NCBI GenBank assembly: GCA_964650255.1
Contig: CAZYQT010000002.1
Coordinates: forward strand, 24,540 to 86,902
Direction: 5' to 3'
Length of the DNA: 62,363 nt
From: an uncultured Candidatus Saccharibacteria bacterium
GTDB taxonomy: Bacteria > Patescibacteriota > Doudnabacteria > UBA920
In this document: positions 1 to 10,142 of the stretch, in pieces
Position numbering within the stretch: the stretch's first letter is position 1
How the letters are laid out: each line of letters opens with the position of its first letter
Notes under the pieces: generated by a model
Databases searched by the model: none
What the model saw: only the letters and a program-made list of their open reading frames with translations
What the model was told of the DNA's origin: nothing
Translations under genes and position numbers: made by a program

Positions 1-11
1 TTCTCTGATTT

Positions 12-761
12 TTGGAAGTCTTCCAGCAGAATCTTTTTAAAAAGCAAATTGCCCTTTATTCACGCGACCAAAAAATCCAGAATAAAATTTCGGCTTTCAA
101 CTGGGGCGGGGAAGTTAGAGAAACTGATCGCGATTACCTAAGCATCATCAACTCGAATTTGGGTGGAACTAAGACAGATCGCTCCATGCAGCGCACTGCA
201 GATTTGTCATCCAAAATTAATTTGGACGGCACAGTTATTAATACTTTACGTTACACTGTGAGAAATCCACTGCCTGACAGTCCTGGTTTGACCAATAAAT
301 GTTTTATTAGAGTTTATGTGCCGAAAGGGGCGACGTTAAATAGTAGCGAAGGTTTTAATCGTGATATCCAACTGCCGCAAATTAGTTCGGACGGTTACAT
401 TTTGGATGACACTGTGCAAAATTGGCAAAAAACCGTCAAGCAAGATACACTTTCTGGCACTTACAGCGGAGAGGAAGCCGGTAAAACCTGGTTCGGAAAT
501 TGGCTCGAAGTCCCAGGAGGGCAATCAAAAACTGTTACTTTAACCTACACTTTGCCGTTTAAATTAGGAGGCACCGATCGCTATAGCCTGTTAATTCAAA
601 AACAAATTGGCAGCCAAAGCGATGCGTTTAATTTTTCACTCGACTTTTTTGGTCGACATAGCTTATGGAAGACCAGTAGTCTTAATTTAGAAAATGACTC
701 CATAAAGTATTCACAAAATTTAATTGCTGATACTTTCTTCGGCACAGTCTTAGAAAAGTAG
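12..761 (+). CDS. Hypothetical envelope/exported protein (possibly DUF4012-like C-terminal region); start unresolved
   Basis: 249-codon ORF ending 3 nt before the murJ ATG. An in-frame TGA at 6-8 blocks upstream continuation in this frame, and the first candidate start is TTG at 12. I cannot name a motif with certainty. Confidence 0.4.
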   Translation: MEVFQQNLFKKQIALYSRDQKIQNKISAFNWGGEVRETDRDYLSIINSNLGGTKTDRSMQRTADLSSKINLDGTVINTLRYTVRNPLPDSPGLTNKCFIRVYVPKGATLNSSEGFNRDIQLPQISSDGYILDDTVQNWQKTVKQDTLSGTYSGEEAGKTWFGNWLEVPGGQSKTVTLTYTLPFKLGGTDRYSLLIQKQIGSQSDAFNFSLDFFGRHSLWKTSSLNLENDSIKYSQNLIADTFFGTVLEK

Positions 762-763
762 TA

Positions 764-2383
764 ATGATTTCAAAACTTGTAAAACTAGAATCTACATTTC
801 ATATTGGGCAGGCAACTTTAATTATCGCCTCATTTACTTTGTTGTCGCGAATCACAGGGTTCTTTCGTGATATTTTATTGGCTAGCCATTTGGGCTTAAG
901 CGCAAATTCAGATATCTATTTCACGGCATTTAGAATTCCAGATTTGGTTTACAACCTTTTAATACTCGGGACATTAAGTGTCGCGTTCATTCCTGTTTTC
1001 AGTGAGTACTACTACAAGGATAAGAAAAAGGCCTTCGAAATTGCGAGCACCATCCTGAACATTTCTGCTCTCGGCATGTTTGCAATTTGTGTATTAATCT
1101 TTATTTTTGCTGACCCTCTCACAAAAATGATTGCTCCTGGGTTTTCAGAAGCGCAATTAGAGCAGACAGAGTTGATTACGAGGATTATGTTACTCTCTCC
1201 AATCATTTTCACAATTTCTAACGTATTCTCCAGCGTTCTGATTAGTTTAAAAAAGTTTTTAGTTGTTAATATCGCGCCACTACTATACAACTTGGGAATA
1301 ATAATCGGGATTGTTTTTCTCTATCCGAAGTTTGGCCTAAGTGGTCTGGCTTATGGTGTAATTTTAGGTGCTTTAATGCATTTAGGCATTCAAGTCCCTG
1401 AAGCATGGCGTAACGGTTTTACCTGGAAGCCAAGAATGCTTTACCAAAATGAAGGGGTAAGGAAAATTGGGGCGCTGTTCTTACCAAGAATAGTTGGTTT
1501 AGATAACTCCTATGTAAATTTAATTGTTGTGACAATCATTGGTTCAACACTTGCTACCGGATCGATTACTGCTTTTAACTATGCGAATAATTTACAAGCT
1601 GTGGCTTTGGGAATTTTTGCCTTATCTAGCGCTGTGGCAATCTTTCCGGTTCTGTCGGAATATTTTGCCAAAGAAGATATGATTGGGTTCATTAGAACGT
1701 TACAGCATACAATTATTCGAGTGCTCTATTTTGTAGTGCCAATTACTATTTTATTGCTTCTGTTGCGGGCTCATGTTGTACGATTACTGTTTGGTTACGG
1801 TGCATGCGATTGGAATTGTACAATCACCACTTTTGACACGCTCGGTGTCCTTGCTTTAGGACTAGTTGCACAGAGTCTAATCCCTTTATTTGCCAGAGCT
1901 TTTTACGCACGACAGAATACTAAAACTCCAGTTGCTATTAGCTTAGTAGGAATGGTAATAAACATAGTGCTATCATATTTCTTGTCTCAAGGATTGAGTA
2001 TAGTCGGAGTTGCGTTAGGCTTTGTAATTGCCACAACGGTTCAATGTATTTTGTTGTTTGTTGCGTTACATAGATCCTTCGTTGTTCAGGATCATGTCAA
2101 TCAATCAGAGCTTCATGTATTTGATTCCACGATAGTAGTGCAAAGCCTGAAAATTTTGTTTTCAAGCATTTTATTAGGAGGTGTAAGTTATTTAACTCTT
2201 TACTTAATTGATCCAATATTAAATACACACACAGTATTCGGTATTTTTGCTCAGGCTAGCATTGCTACTGTAATGGGCACAGTCGTATACGTTATTATGA
2301 CCAGGTACTTAGGCATAAAAGAATCGCAAGCGATTGGCCGGTCCATCGGCAAATTATGGAGATTCGTAACGGGAAATGTGTAA
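764..2383 (+). CDS. murJ: Lipid II flippase MurJ (MviN family)
   Basis: 539-aa polytopic membrane protein. The N-terminal signature FFRDILLASHLGLSANSDIYFTAFRIPDLVYNLL is typical of MurJ/MviN. Confidence 0.9.
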   Translation: MISKLVKLESTFHIGQATLIIASFTLLSRITGFFRDILLASHLGLSANSDIYFTAFRIPDLVYNLLILGTLSVAFIPVFSEYYYKDKKKAFEIASTILNISALGMFAICVLIFIFADPLTKMIAPGFSEAQLEQTELITRIMLLSPIIFTISNVFSSVLISLKKFLVVNIAPLLYNLGIIIGIVFLYPKFGLSGLAYGVILGALMHLGIQVPEAWRNGFTWKPRMLYQNEGVRKIGALFLPRIVGLDNSYVNLIVVTIIGSTLATGSITAFNYANNLQAVALGIFALSSAVAIFPVLSEYFAKEDMIGFIRTLQHTIIRVLYFVVPITILLLLLRAHVVRLLFGYGACDWNCTITTFDTLGVLALGLVAQSLIPLFARAFYARQNTKTPVAISLVGMVINIVLSYFLSQGLSIVGVALGFVIATTVQCILLFVALHRSFVVQDHVNQSELHVFDSTIVVQSLKILFSSILLGGVSYLTLYLIDPILNTHTVFGIFAQASIATVMGTVVYVIMTRYLGIKESQAIGRSIGKLWRFVTGNV

Positions 2384-2399
2384 GAGGTCCAAGCCAGCT

Positions 2400-2428
2400 T
2401 TGACAAAGCGAATTGAATAATCCATAAT
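2400..2428 (+). promoter_or_regulatory. sigma70-type promoter (TTGACA-17 nt-CATAAT)
   Basis: TTGACA at 2400-2405, a 17-nt spacer and CATAAT at 2423-2428, upstream of the ORF at 2493 (SD GGAGG at 2483-2487). Confidence 0.55.
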
Positions 2429-2492
2429 CATATATCTTTAGGTGCGCCTAAAAATAGAAGTATATATTTAAGGAGAATTTCACGGAGGAAAT

Positions 2493-3074
2493 ATGCGAGA
2501 ACTTTTAAAATTAATCGTAATGCCAAACAAAACTCCCGACACTGATCGCAAAATGTGGCTTTGGGTAATTGAGCATACGGCCAATCAGGTCTACAGACTA
2601 ATCCAGGAAAGTCAAAATTTAAAATCTTTAGGAGAGGTGGACGCCTCTGCCGGTCGTTATGAAGGTGGCTTAAGGCTCGATCAAATCGCAGACAAAATTA
2701 CCATAGTGGAGGGCGGTCCAAACCTTGAGACCGAAGGGGTTTTCGGGATACTGAATTTTGACAGCAACTTCCAAGATAGGTCTCAGTCGACTAAGGGATT
2801 GCAGTTCGGTTATACTGTTCATGGTGAATGGCTATTAATTACCACCATGTACCATTGTAGCCCAGAGTATACAACCTTCGAATGGTTTCTGGAGACTGTG
2901 ACCGTAGAGCAATTAGATCTTAACTCACTGATGAGCCACGCCAAATATCCAGAAGCGATTTTTATGACCTTCCACGAAGTGACTGAGAATTGGCGCAACC
3001 AGGCGCTAGGCCGAATCGAACGAGTGGAGAAGGCCTGGGAGGATCAAAAACTGATACAAAAATTGATCTTTTAG
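2493..3074 (+). CDS. Hypothetical protein
   Basis: 193-aa ORF with a good SD and its own promoter and terminator. No recognisable domain. Confidence 0.5.
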   Translation: MRELLKLIVMPNKTPDTDRKMWLWVIEHTANQVYRLIQESQNLKSLGEVDASAGRYEGGLRLDQIADKITIVEGGPNLETEGVFGILNFDSNFQDRSQSTKGLQFGYTVHGEWLLITTMYHCSPEYTTFEWFLETVTVEQLDLNSLMSHAKYPEAIFMTFHEVTENWRNQALGRIERVEKAWEDQKLIQKLIF

Positions 3075-3097
3075 GCTAGGCAATGAGCTTTTAAAGG

Positions 3098-3129
3098 GCG
3101 TTCACCGCAAGGTTGAACGCTTTTATTTT
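3098..3129 (+). terminator. Rho-independent terminator
   Basis: GCGTTCA ... TGAACGC stem followed by TTTTATTTT. Confidence 0.55.
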
Positions 3130-3140
3130 CCCTCAATTTT

Positions 3141-3149
3141 TGCTACAAT
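3141..3149 (+). promoter_or_regulatory. Extended -10 (TGcTACAAT), leaderless-type spacing to lepA
   Basis: TGCTACAAT ends 9 nt before the lepA ATG (3159). No SD in between. Confidence 0.5.
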
Positions 3150-3158
3150 ACTGCGTAT

Positions 3159-4970
3159 ATGGCGAATAATCCTGTGCAAAATCAAATCAGAAACTTCTGT
3201 ATTATTGCCCACATTGACCACGGCAAATCCACGCTTTCTGATCGCATGCTTGAACTAACCGGTACAGTACAAAAGCGCGAAATGAAAGAGCAGCTCTTAG
3301 ACCAAATGGACATTGAGCGGGAGCGCGGCATTACTATTAAACTACAGCCGGTTCGAATGGACTACGAAGCGCCCGAAACCAAGGAGCGCTTTATTTTGAA
3401 TTTAATTGATACACCTGGTCACGTGGACTTTAGTTACGAAGTCTCACGCTCACTTGCAGCTTGTGAAGGAGCGATTTTAGTAGTGGATAGTACCCAAGGA
3501 ATTGAAGCCCAAACTTTGGCCAATGCATATTTAGCGGTCGAGCATAATTTAACGATTATTCCCGTCATCAATAAAATTGATTTACCGAACTCGGATCGCA
3601 AAAAAACCGCGGAAGAGCTAATTTCGGTGTTTGGTTTTAAGGAAGAAGAAATTCTGTATGCCTCTGGTAAAACCGGCGAGGGAGTAAACGAAATTCTGCA
3701 AGCAATTGTAGATCGTGTTCCTGCCCCAAAAGGTAATCCGGATGCGCCCATGCGTGCACTAATCTTTGATTCGACCTATGACATTCACCGCGGTGTAATT
3801 ACCTATATTAGAGTTGTTGATGGCATGCTTCCAGCGCGCGAAAAACTATTTATGCTTGGCAGTGGTGCTAACGCTGAAAGCCTAGAAGTGGGCTTCTTTA
3901 AACCGCAAATGGAAAAGGGAACATCAATAGCTACTGGTGAAGTGGGGTACATAGTTACTGGGCTTCGTGAAGTGAGCAAGGCCCGTGTTGGAGACACCGT
4001 GACTGTATTTGCACAGCGTGAACAAACAGAAGCGCTACCAGGTTACAAACATGTGACCCCAATGGTTTACGCTAGTATTTTTCCGGTTAGCGGTGACGAT
4101 TATCCATTGCTTCGTGATGCGATGGATAAACTTAAGCTGAACGATGCGGCTCTAGAGTTTGAACCGGAAAATATTCCTAGTATTGGTTTTGGATTTAGAA
4201 CTGGATTTTTGGGCTTACTACACATGGACATTGTGCAGGAACGGCTTTCACGCGAATACGATCTTGACCTAGTGCTTACGGCACCAAGTGTGGCTTACGA
4301 AATCATCCTAACAAACGGAGAAAAAAAACTGGTGTACAACCCCGCGCAGTTTCCTGATCCTTCATCAATTGCGCAAATCATGGAACCGTGGATGCATGTG
4401 ACTATATTGACTCCATCAGCATATATTGGGCCCATTATGGAAATAGTTAATCAGCGCCGCGGAATTAGTGGGGATGTGAAGTATCTCGGAAGCGACCGTG
4501 TAGAACTCACTTTCCAGATGCCCTTAGCTAATATTATTATTGATTTTTATGATAAACTAAAAAGTGTCTCCAGTGGCTACGCCTCTTTGAATTACGAATT
4601 TTTTGAACGCAGGGCTGGTGTTTTAGTTAAAGTGGACATCTTAGTTGGTGGGGAAAAAGTTGAAGCACTGTCAGCTATTATGCATAAAACTTTTGCCGAA
4701 AATGAGGGTCGGGAATTAGTAGCAAAACTAAAAACCTTAATTCCACGCCAACAATTCGAAATCGCTATCCAAGCAGCTATAGGGGCTAAGGTTATTGCCC
4801 GCGAAACTATCTCTGCATTCCGTAAGGACGTGACGACCGGTTTGTACGGTGGAGATGTAACCAGAAAGATGAAAGTATTGAACAAGCAGAAAAAGGGTAA
4901 AAAGCGCATGAAGAAAGTGGGAAAAGTAGATATACCACAAGAAGCCTTCTTGGCGGTCCTTAAGAAATAA
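3159..4970 (+). CDS. lepA: Translation elongation factor 4 (LepA)
   Basis: 603 aa. GTPase motifs IIAHIDHGKST, DTPGHVDF and NKID. The C-terminal LepA-specific region ends with a KKGKKRMKK..G.V.IPQEAF tail. Confidence 0.95.
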   Translation: MANNPVQNQIRNFCIIAHIDHGKSTLSDRMLELTGTVQKREMKEQLLDQMDIERERGITIKLQPVRMDYEAPETKERFILNLIDTPGHVDFSYEVSRSLAACEGAILVVDSTQGIEAQTLANAYLAVEHNLTIIPVINKIDLPNSDRKKTAEELISVFGFKEEEILYASGKTGEGVNEILQAIVDRVPAPKGNPDAPMRALIFDSTYDIHRGVITYIRVVDGMLPAREKLFMLGSGANAESLEVGFFKPQMEKGTSIATGEVGYIVTGLREVSKARVGDTVTVFAQREQTEALPGYKHVTPMVYASIFPVSGDDYPLLRDAMDKLKLNDAALEFEPENIPSIGFGFRTGFLGLLHMDIVQERLSREYDLDLVLTAPSVAYEIILTNGEKKLVYNPAQFPDPSSIAQIMEPWMHVTILTPSAYIGPIMEIVNQRRGISGDVKYLGSDRVELTFQMPLANIIIDFYDKLKSVSSGYASLNYEFFERRAGVLVKVDILVGGEKVEALSAIMHKTFAENEGRELVAKLKTLIPRQQFEIAIQAAIGAKVIARETISAFRKDVTTGLYGGDVTRKMKVLNKQKKGKKRMKKVGKVDIPQEAFLAVLKK

Positions 4971-5008
4971 ATGTTTAAAACACTAACTTTAAATAAAGTT
5001 CAACAAAA

Positions 5009-5110
5009 ATGAAAAACAGAAAGCGCATGGAGCAAATTTTAGTAGTAGTAACTGCACTCATTGTGATCTCAATGATTGGCAGTCTCTTTGCATTTGCCAT
5101 CGTCAATTAA
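5009..5110 (+). CDS. Small hydrophobic protein (33 aa), not in the ORF track
   Basis: ATG at 5009 and TAA at 5108-5110. Product MKNRKRMEQILVVVTALIVISMIGSLFAFAIVN has a basic N-terminus and one TM helix. Confidence 0.3.
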   Translation: MKNRKRMEQILVVVTALIVISMIGSLFAFAIVN

Positions 5111-5120
5111 CAAAGCGGTT

Positions 5121-5681
5121 GTGAAAATAGCCTTAAAAGACAACGAACGAATTAGACAAATTTATAGGCAAAGCCCATGGGTGTTAGTGCGCCCTTTGGG
5201 CCTGAGCGTTATAGTAATTGCTTTGGTAGGCTATTTGGCCTTTAGGTTTTCAGTACAAGGGTCGTTGCAATTGCTTTTGTTAATAGCAGTTATTTTAATT
5301 TTCCTGCATGCTTTAAAAATTTTTGTTATTTGGAGGTTGAATCAGTATGTAGTAACCAATCAGCGGCTGCTACATTACTGGCAGAAAGGTTTGTTTGACC
5401 AAACCGTAACTGAAACTCCCCACGAACGCATTTTGAATGTTAGCTACAAAACCGAAGGCATGATTTCAACCGTAATTGGTTACGGAGATGTTGTAGTCCA
5501 AGTGGTTGGCCTTATCGAACCAATCGTATTAAAAAATATTGATGAGCCAATGGAGATTAAAGATTACCTTTGGGAAATGCACAAACGCATAGCCAAAGAT
5601 AAAGGTAACTCAGTATACGGCGAAGCGGATGCTACCCACGTACAAGAACGAGTAGGATATACTAAAGATAATCATATTTAA
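5121..5681 (+). CDS. Membrane protein with bacterial PH domain (bPH_2 / YdbS-YdbT-like)
   Basis: Two TM helices followed by RLNQYVVTNQRLLHY...GYGDVVVQ, typical of bPH_2. The ORF opens at TTG 5076 but that overlaps the small ORF. GTG 5121 is preferred, and the start remains uncertain. Confidence 0.6.
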   Translation: MKIALKDNERIRQIYRQSPWVLVRPLGLSVIVIALVGYLAFRFSVQGSLQLLLLIAVILIFLHALKIFVIWRLNQYVVTNQRLLHYWQKGLFDQTVTETPHERILNVSYKTEGMISTVIGYGDVVVQVVGLIEPIVLKNIDEPMEIKDYLWEMHKRIAKDKGNSVYGEADATHVQERVGYTKDNHI

Positions 5682-5684
5682 CCT

Positions 5685-6059
5685 ATGCGTTTACCCAAAG
5701 TTTTTTACTCAAAATTGTTGCTCGGAGCTGTCCTCGTTGTACTTTTGGGGGTATTTGGGCTAGAATTACAACAGTGGTATCAGGGTCATAAAATTAACTC
5801 TGAAATTAACCATTTACGAGATGAAAAGGCTGATCTGGAAGCTCGGAACAATGCCTTGCAGCAATCACTGCAGTATTTTTCCTCTGATAGCTACAAAGAA
5901 AAGCTAGCTCGAGAACAACTAGGCCTTAAAAAAGAAGGGGAAATTGTACTAAATTACCCTCCAGATGGGATTATTAACCCTGGGGAGCAGAAGCCTACAA
6001 CTAAGCAATCCAACCCGCAAAAATGGTGGGAATTTTTATTCAAAAATAATAAATCATAA
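5685..6059 (+). CDS. Septum formation initiator family protein (FtsB/DivIC-like)
   Basis: 124 aa. N-terminal TM, a coiled coil, then the KLAREQLGLKKEGEIV motif characteristic of FtsB/DivIC. Confidence 0.6.
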   Translation: MRLPKVFYSKLLLGAVLVVLLGVFGLELQQWYQGHKINSEINHLRDEKADLEARNNALQQSLQYFSSDSYKEKLAREQLGLKKEGEIVLNYPPDGIINPGEQKPTTKQSNPQKWWEFLFKNNKS

Positions 6060-6061
6060 TT

Positions 6062-7027
6062 ATGGAACAAGAAACAGAACATCAAATTAGCTCACAAGAT
6101 GAGCAGGCAAGTCACGAAGTGCACCACAAAACTAAACGCAAGCTGCGTAAAGCGCACAAAATCAGTTTGGCAGTTTTTGTTGCAGCATTAATAATTGTTA
6201 TTGGCGGCGGCCTCGCCTGGGTATACACTGGAAATATTTCATCAGCAAAAGAAAAAGTTTTTAAAGCGCTACCCTTACCAGCTGCAATTGTAGACATGAA
6301 ATTTGTCTCTGCAGAAAGCGTACTCGATCGTGCAGACCTTTCAAAGCAACTTTTGGAAGCTCAGGGTATGGGCGATAAAGCCAATACTGGTCAAGTTTTC
6401 GACCAAATTGTTGATGTTAAAAAATTAGAGGCCGTAGCGAGCCAACGTGGCGTAAAAGCTCCAAACTCTGAAATAGATGAAGAGTACAAAAATATTATTA
6501 CTCAATACGCGGGTGGTGATGAAGGTGCTTTCACAAAAGAACTTGATAGCACTTATCACATGAAACCAGAAAAGTTTAAAAGTGAAGTGGTGCGTCAACA
6601 AGTTTTGCAATCAAACTTATTACTTTGGTACAGCAAGCAAGAGGATTTAAACAAAACCACATACGAGAAAGCTCGCGAATTACAAAGTAAGCTAAACAAC
6701 GGGCAGAGTTTTGAAGAAGTGGCAAAACAGTTCAGTGAAGACGAGGCTACTAAGGACTTTGCAGGAGACAGCGGTATGATTGCCTTTGACGACCTCCTTC
6801 CGGAATTCCGAGAAAGCTTAAAGGATAGCAAGGCTGGTGACACTCAACTGGTCGTCAGCCGTTACGGCTTGCACGTCTTAAAGCTTCTTGAAGTAAATAA
6901 CGATGGTGAAAATGGTGCCAAGCAAGTTCACTTACAACAAATCTTTTTAAAACAGAAAGGCTTCTCAGACTGGCTCGATAAGGAAGTCGGAAACATCAGG
7001 GTTCTAAAGCTGCTCAAGTTCTCCTAA
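6062..7027 (+). CDS. Membrane-anchored peptidyl-prolyl isomerase (parvulin/PpiC-type, PrsA/SurA-like)
   Basis: TM anchor plus a C-terminal parvulin block FEEVAKQFSED..GDSGMI....L.PEF...L...K.G......S.YGLHVLKLLE. Confidence 0.7.
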   Translation: MEQETEHQISSQDEQASHEVHHKTKRKLRKAHKISLAVFVAALIIVIGGGLAWVYTGNISSAKEKVFKALPLPAAIVDMKFVSAESVLDRADLSKQLLEAQGMGDKANTGQVFDQIVDVKKLEAVASQRGVKAPNSEIDEEYKNIITQYAGGDEGAFTKELDSTYHMKPEKFKSEVVRQQVLQSNLLLWYSKQEDLNKTTYEKARELQSKLNNGQSFEEVAKQFSEDEATKDFAGDSGMIAFDDLLPEFRESLKDSKAGDTQLVVSRYGLHVLKLLEVNNDGENGAKQVHLQQIFLKQKGFSDWLDKEVGNIRVLKLLKFS

Positions 7028-7040
7028 GCAATTACAAAAA

Positions 7041-7061
7041 GCCCTCGTGATCGAGGGCTTT
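7041..7061 (+). terminator. Hairpin terminator after the PPIase gene
   Basis: GCCCTCG-tgat-CGAGGGC followed by only TTT, a weak U-run. Confidence 0.45.
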
Positions 7062-7068
7062 ACTACAT

Positions 7069-7142
7069 GCGGGCGTAGTACAATGGTAGTATGCGACCTT
7101 CCCAAGGTTGAGACACGGGTCCGATTCCCGTCGTCCGCTCCA
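7069..7142 (+). tRNA. tRNA-Gly (anticodon CCC), CCA encoded
   Basis: Hand-folded cloverleaf: acceptor GCGGGCG/CGTCCGC, anticodon stem CGACC/GGTTG, loop TTCCCAA. The T-loop reads TCCGATT, which puts C where the near-universal U55 is expected. Confidence 0.8.
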
Positions 7143-7150
7143 AAAACTTT

Positions 7151-7226
7151 GCCGGCTTAGCTCATCTGGTAGAGCAGCGGTATCGTAAACCGCAGGTGGC
7201 CGGTTCAAGTCCGGCAGCCGGCTCCA
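7151..7226 (+). tRNA. tRNA-Thr (anticodon CGU), CCA encoded
   Basis: Acceptor GCCGGCT/AGCCGGC, anticodon stem GCGGT/ACCGC, loop ATCGTAA, T-arm GCCGG-TTCAAGT-CCGGC. Confidence 0.85.
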
Positions 7227-7250
7227 GAAAATTTTCTATTTTAAACCCCA

Positions 7251-7808
7251 ATGACTTCTATCCCTAAATCAGCTAAACAGGTTTTCAAAGGCACGGTCTT
7301 TGATGTTTATCAGTGGAAGCAAAAATTGTTTAATGGTAAACATAAGATTTTTGAAGTTGCAGTACGGCAAAGTACTATTAGTGTTATCGCCACAATAAAA
7401 GATAAAATTGTGGTTTTGCATATGCAGCAACCGCGCACTCCCTGGTACTACACTTTGCCAGGCGGGTATATTGATGTCCCAGGTGAAACCCCTCGGCAAG
7501 CTGCTTTGAGAGAACTTCTTGAAGAAACAGGTTTAAAGCCGAAAAGATTTAAGCTATGGCGGGTTTACAATGAGCACAGTCGCATGGTATCTAAGCATTA
7601 CTTTTACATAGCCCAGGACTGCAAAAAGGTATCTGAAATCAAGCCTGATGGCGGTGAAAAGATCAAAGTTTATCTCAAATCGTTTGATCAATTCTTGCAG
7701 TTTTCAAGCGTTGATTCTTTTCACAATCACGGGTTGATGATCGAGATGCTCAGGGCCAAGCTAGACCCAAAGCTCAAAAACAAGTTTAAAAAACTAATCT
7801 TCGGGTAA
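7251..7808 (+). CDS. NUDIX hydrolase
   Basis: Nudix box GGYIDVPGETPRQAALRELLEETGL. Confidence 0.8.
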   Translation: MTSIPKSAKQVFKGTVFDVYQWKQKLFNGKHKIFEVAVRQSTISVIATIKDKIVVLHMQQPRTPWYYTLPGGYIDVPGETPRQAALRELLEETGLKPKRFKLWRVYNEHSRMVSKHYFYIAQDCKKVSEIKPDGGEKIKVYLKSFDQFLQFSSVDSFHNHGLMIEMLRAKLDPKLKNKFKKLIFG

Positions 7809-7835
7809 AGTCAACCCCGCCTAAAAAAGCCAGTC

Positions 7836-7864
7836 TTGCCAAATCGGGCTTTTTTTGATAGAAT
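7836..7864 (+). promoter_or_regulatory. Promoter of the ATP synthase operon (TTGCCA-17-TGaTAGAAT)
   Basis: TTGCCA at 7836-7841 and TGATAGAAT at 7856-7864, with 17 nt between the hexamers. Confidence 0.55.
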
Positions 7865-7886
7865 TTTTGCGTCAAACATAAAACTC

Positions 7887-8135
7887 ATGCCTGAACCAGA
7901 AACCAACAAGCCAGACAATAAACAGCTTACAAATAAAAAAATCCTGGCATTTGCACTGGAATTTGGATTCATGATTGCCATCCCATTAGTAGTCCTTTCT
8001 TTCACTGGAAAATGGCTGGCTGCGAAATACAATAACATTGGATTTTTCTACGGAGGGATAGTTTTGGCTTTAATAATTAGTGTGGTTTGGTTTTGGAAAC
8101 GAATCACAGATATTTACAACGACTTCATTAAATAA
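7887..8135 (+). CDS. AtpZ/AtpI-like small membrane protein of the F-ATPase operon
   Basis: Sits directly upstream of atpB. LEFGFMIAIPLVVLSFTGKWL resembles the AtpZ/AtpI family. ATG 7887 is preferred over the non-ATG ORF opening at 7836, which overlaps the promoter. Confidence 0.5.
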   Translation: MPEPETNKPDNKQLTNKKILAFALEFGFMIAIPLVVLSFTGKWLAAKYNNIGFFYGGIVLALIISVVWFWKRITDIYNDFIK

Positions 8136-8138
8136 TTT

Positions 8139-8993
8139 ATGGCTGCTTTACCACCACTCGCTGCTGAACCAATTTTTCACATTGCATCGCTACCTGTAAC
8201 CAATACGGTTATTAACTCAACACTAACAATGTTGGGGTTTGTCGTGTTCGCATATTTGATAAATCGAGCTGTAAAATATTACGGCACCCACAAAGCGCCT
8301 CAAGGAATTCTAAATTTCTTTGAAAGTCTTCTAGAATTACTTTACGGTTATTTCGATACAGTAACCCGCGATCGCAAAAAAACTATTCAATTTCTACCGC
8401 TAGTAGGAACGCTTTTCCTGTTCATACTAGTCTCTAATTGGATCGGACTTTTGCCTGGAATAGGCAGTATTGGCCGATATTTGCTTCACCACGGCGAAGT
8501 AGAGCTTATTCCGGTGTTCCGCCCAGCCAACACAGATTTGAACCTCACCATTGCGATGGCCCTAACAGTAGTGCTAGTCTCGCACTTTTTAGGAATAGCA
8601 GTAATTGGCTTTTTCAAATACGCAAACAAGTTCATCAAAATAGGGGACATGTACCACGCTATAAAGTCCATGAATCCAATGAATATAATGACCGCGGTGA
8701 TTGAATTTTTCGTTGGCATTTTGGAAATTATTTCTGAAGTTGCGAAATTACTTTCACTATCACTACGTTTATTTGGGAACATTTTTGCAGGAGAAGTTTT
8801 GCTAACTGTGTTGGCAGGGATTTTACCAGTGCTATTACCCCTTCCTTTCATGGCCCTAGAATTGATAGTAGGCATTGTCCAAGCCACAGTTTTCTCTATG
8901 TTAACTTTAGTATACTTAACTATTGCCACAACCCCAGTGGTTAGCCACCACAGTGAACACGCTGAAGATTTGGAACCAACGCCTACTGTTTAG
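8139..8993 (+). CDS. atpB: F0F1 ATP synthase subunit a
   Basis: Polytopic protein with the conserved LSLRLFGNIFAGE motif, and operon position. Confidence 0.9.
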   Translation: MAALPPLAAEPIFHIASLPVTNTVINSTLTMLGFVVFAYLINRAVKYYGTHKAPQGILNFFESLLELLYGYFDTVTRDRKKTIQFLPLVGTLFLFILVSNWIGLLPGIGSIGRYLLHHGEVELIPVFRPANTDLNLTIAMALTVVLVSHFLGIAVIGFFKYANKFIKIGDMYHAIKSMNPMNIMTAVIEFFVGILEIISEVAKLLSLSLRLFGNIFAGEVLLTVLAGILPVLLPLPFMALELIVGIVQATVFSMLTLVYLTIATTPVVSHHSEHAEDLEPTPTV

Positions 8994-9039
8994 TTGGTGA
9001 TTTGCATCAGTACTGAATTTATAAAAAATTTAGAACTGA

Positions 9040-9333
<294 letters not shown>

Positions 9334-9383
9334 ATTCTGGGGTGTGCACAAGAGCGCATCCCACTCAATTCTAACTACTATCT

Positions 9384-10142
9384 ATGAAACACTTTGATCT
9401 TGCTTTAAAACGTTTATTTTTCTTAATCATGGCTATTATTTTAGCCGGGATAGTATTTGGAATTGGGGCAAATTATAGTAAAGCAGCTTCAGGTTCAACA
9501 CCAGGGAATTTACAGCCTGCCACTGGGCAAGCTGAGTACAACCAAGCTGAGGGCGCTGGAGTAGAGCACACAACAGCAGCAGAATCTAGTAATGAAGGCA
9601 GTGCACATGATGCAAAGGCAGAAGACACAGGAATTGTTGGAATGTTTGGTTTAAACTGGAAACTCTTTTTGGCTCAACTAGTTAACTTTGGCATCATTTT
9701 GTTTGTGTTGTGGAAATGGGTGTTCGGACCGGTGACTAAAGGTTTGTCGGATAGAACTAAGAAAATCGAAGACTCTTTAACTGATGCCCAAAAAATTGCT
9801 GAAGAACGCGAAACATTTGACTCATGGAAAAATGGTGAGGTTGGCAAAGTACGCACAGAAGCTGCTGGAATTTTGACTCAAGCAAAAGTTGATGCCGAGA
9901 AACTAAAACAGGCCACTCTGGACCAAACTAAAGACGAACAGGCCAAGCTAATTGCTAGCGCGCAAACTAAATTAGAACAAGAAAAGCAAGCCATGCTCGC
10001 AAGCGTAAAAGGTGAATTGGCTGAGCTGGTAGTGGCAGCCACTGAAAATCTTTTAAAGCAGAAGCTTGATCCAAAAAAAGATACTGCTTTGGTTGAGGAA
10101 GCTCTTCAGCAAGCTAAAAAGCACACTGGAGGCAGCGCATGA
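9384..10142 (+). CDS. atpF: F0F1 ATP synthase subunit b with about 85-aa N-terminal extension
   Basis: The conserved b-subunit region starts at FGLNWKLFLAQLVNFGIILFVLWKW and is followed by a long charged helix. The N-terminus adds an extra TM and a low-complexity segment. Confidence 0.8.
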   Translation: MKHFDLALKRLFFLIMAIILAGIVFGIGANYSKAASGSTPGNLQPATGQAEYNQAEGAGVEHTTAAESSNEGSAHDAKAEDTGIVGMFGLNWKLFLAQLVNFGIILFVLWKWVFGPVTKGLSDRTKKIEDSLTDAQKIAEERETFDSWKNGEVGKVRTEAAGILTQAKVDAEKLKQATLDQTKDEQAKLIASAQTKLEQEKQAMLASVKGELAELVVAATENLLKQKLDPKKDTALVEEALQQAKKHTGGSA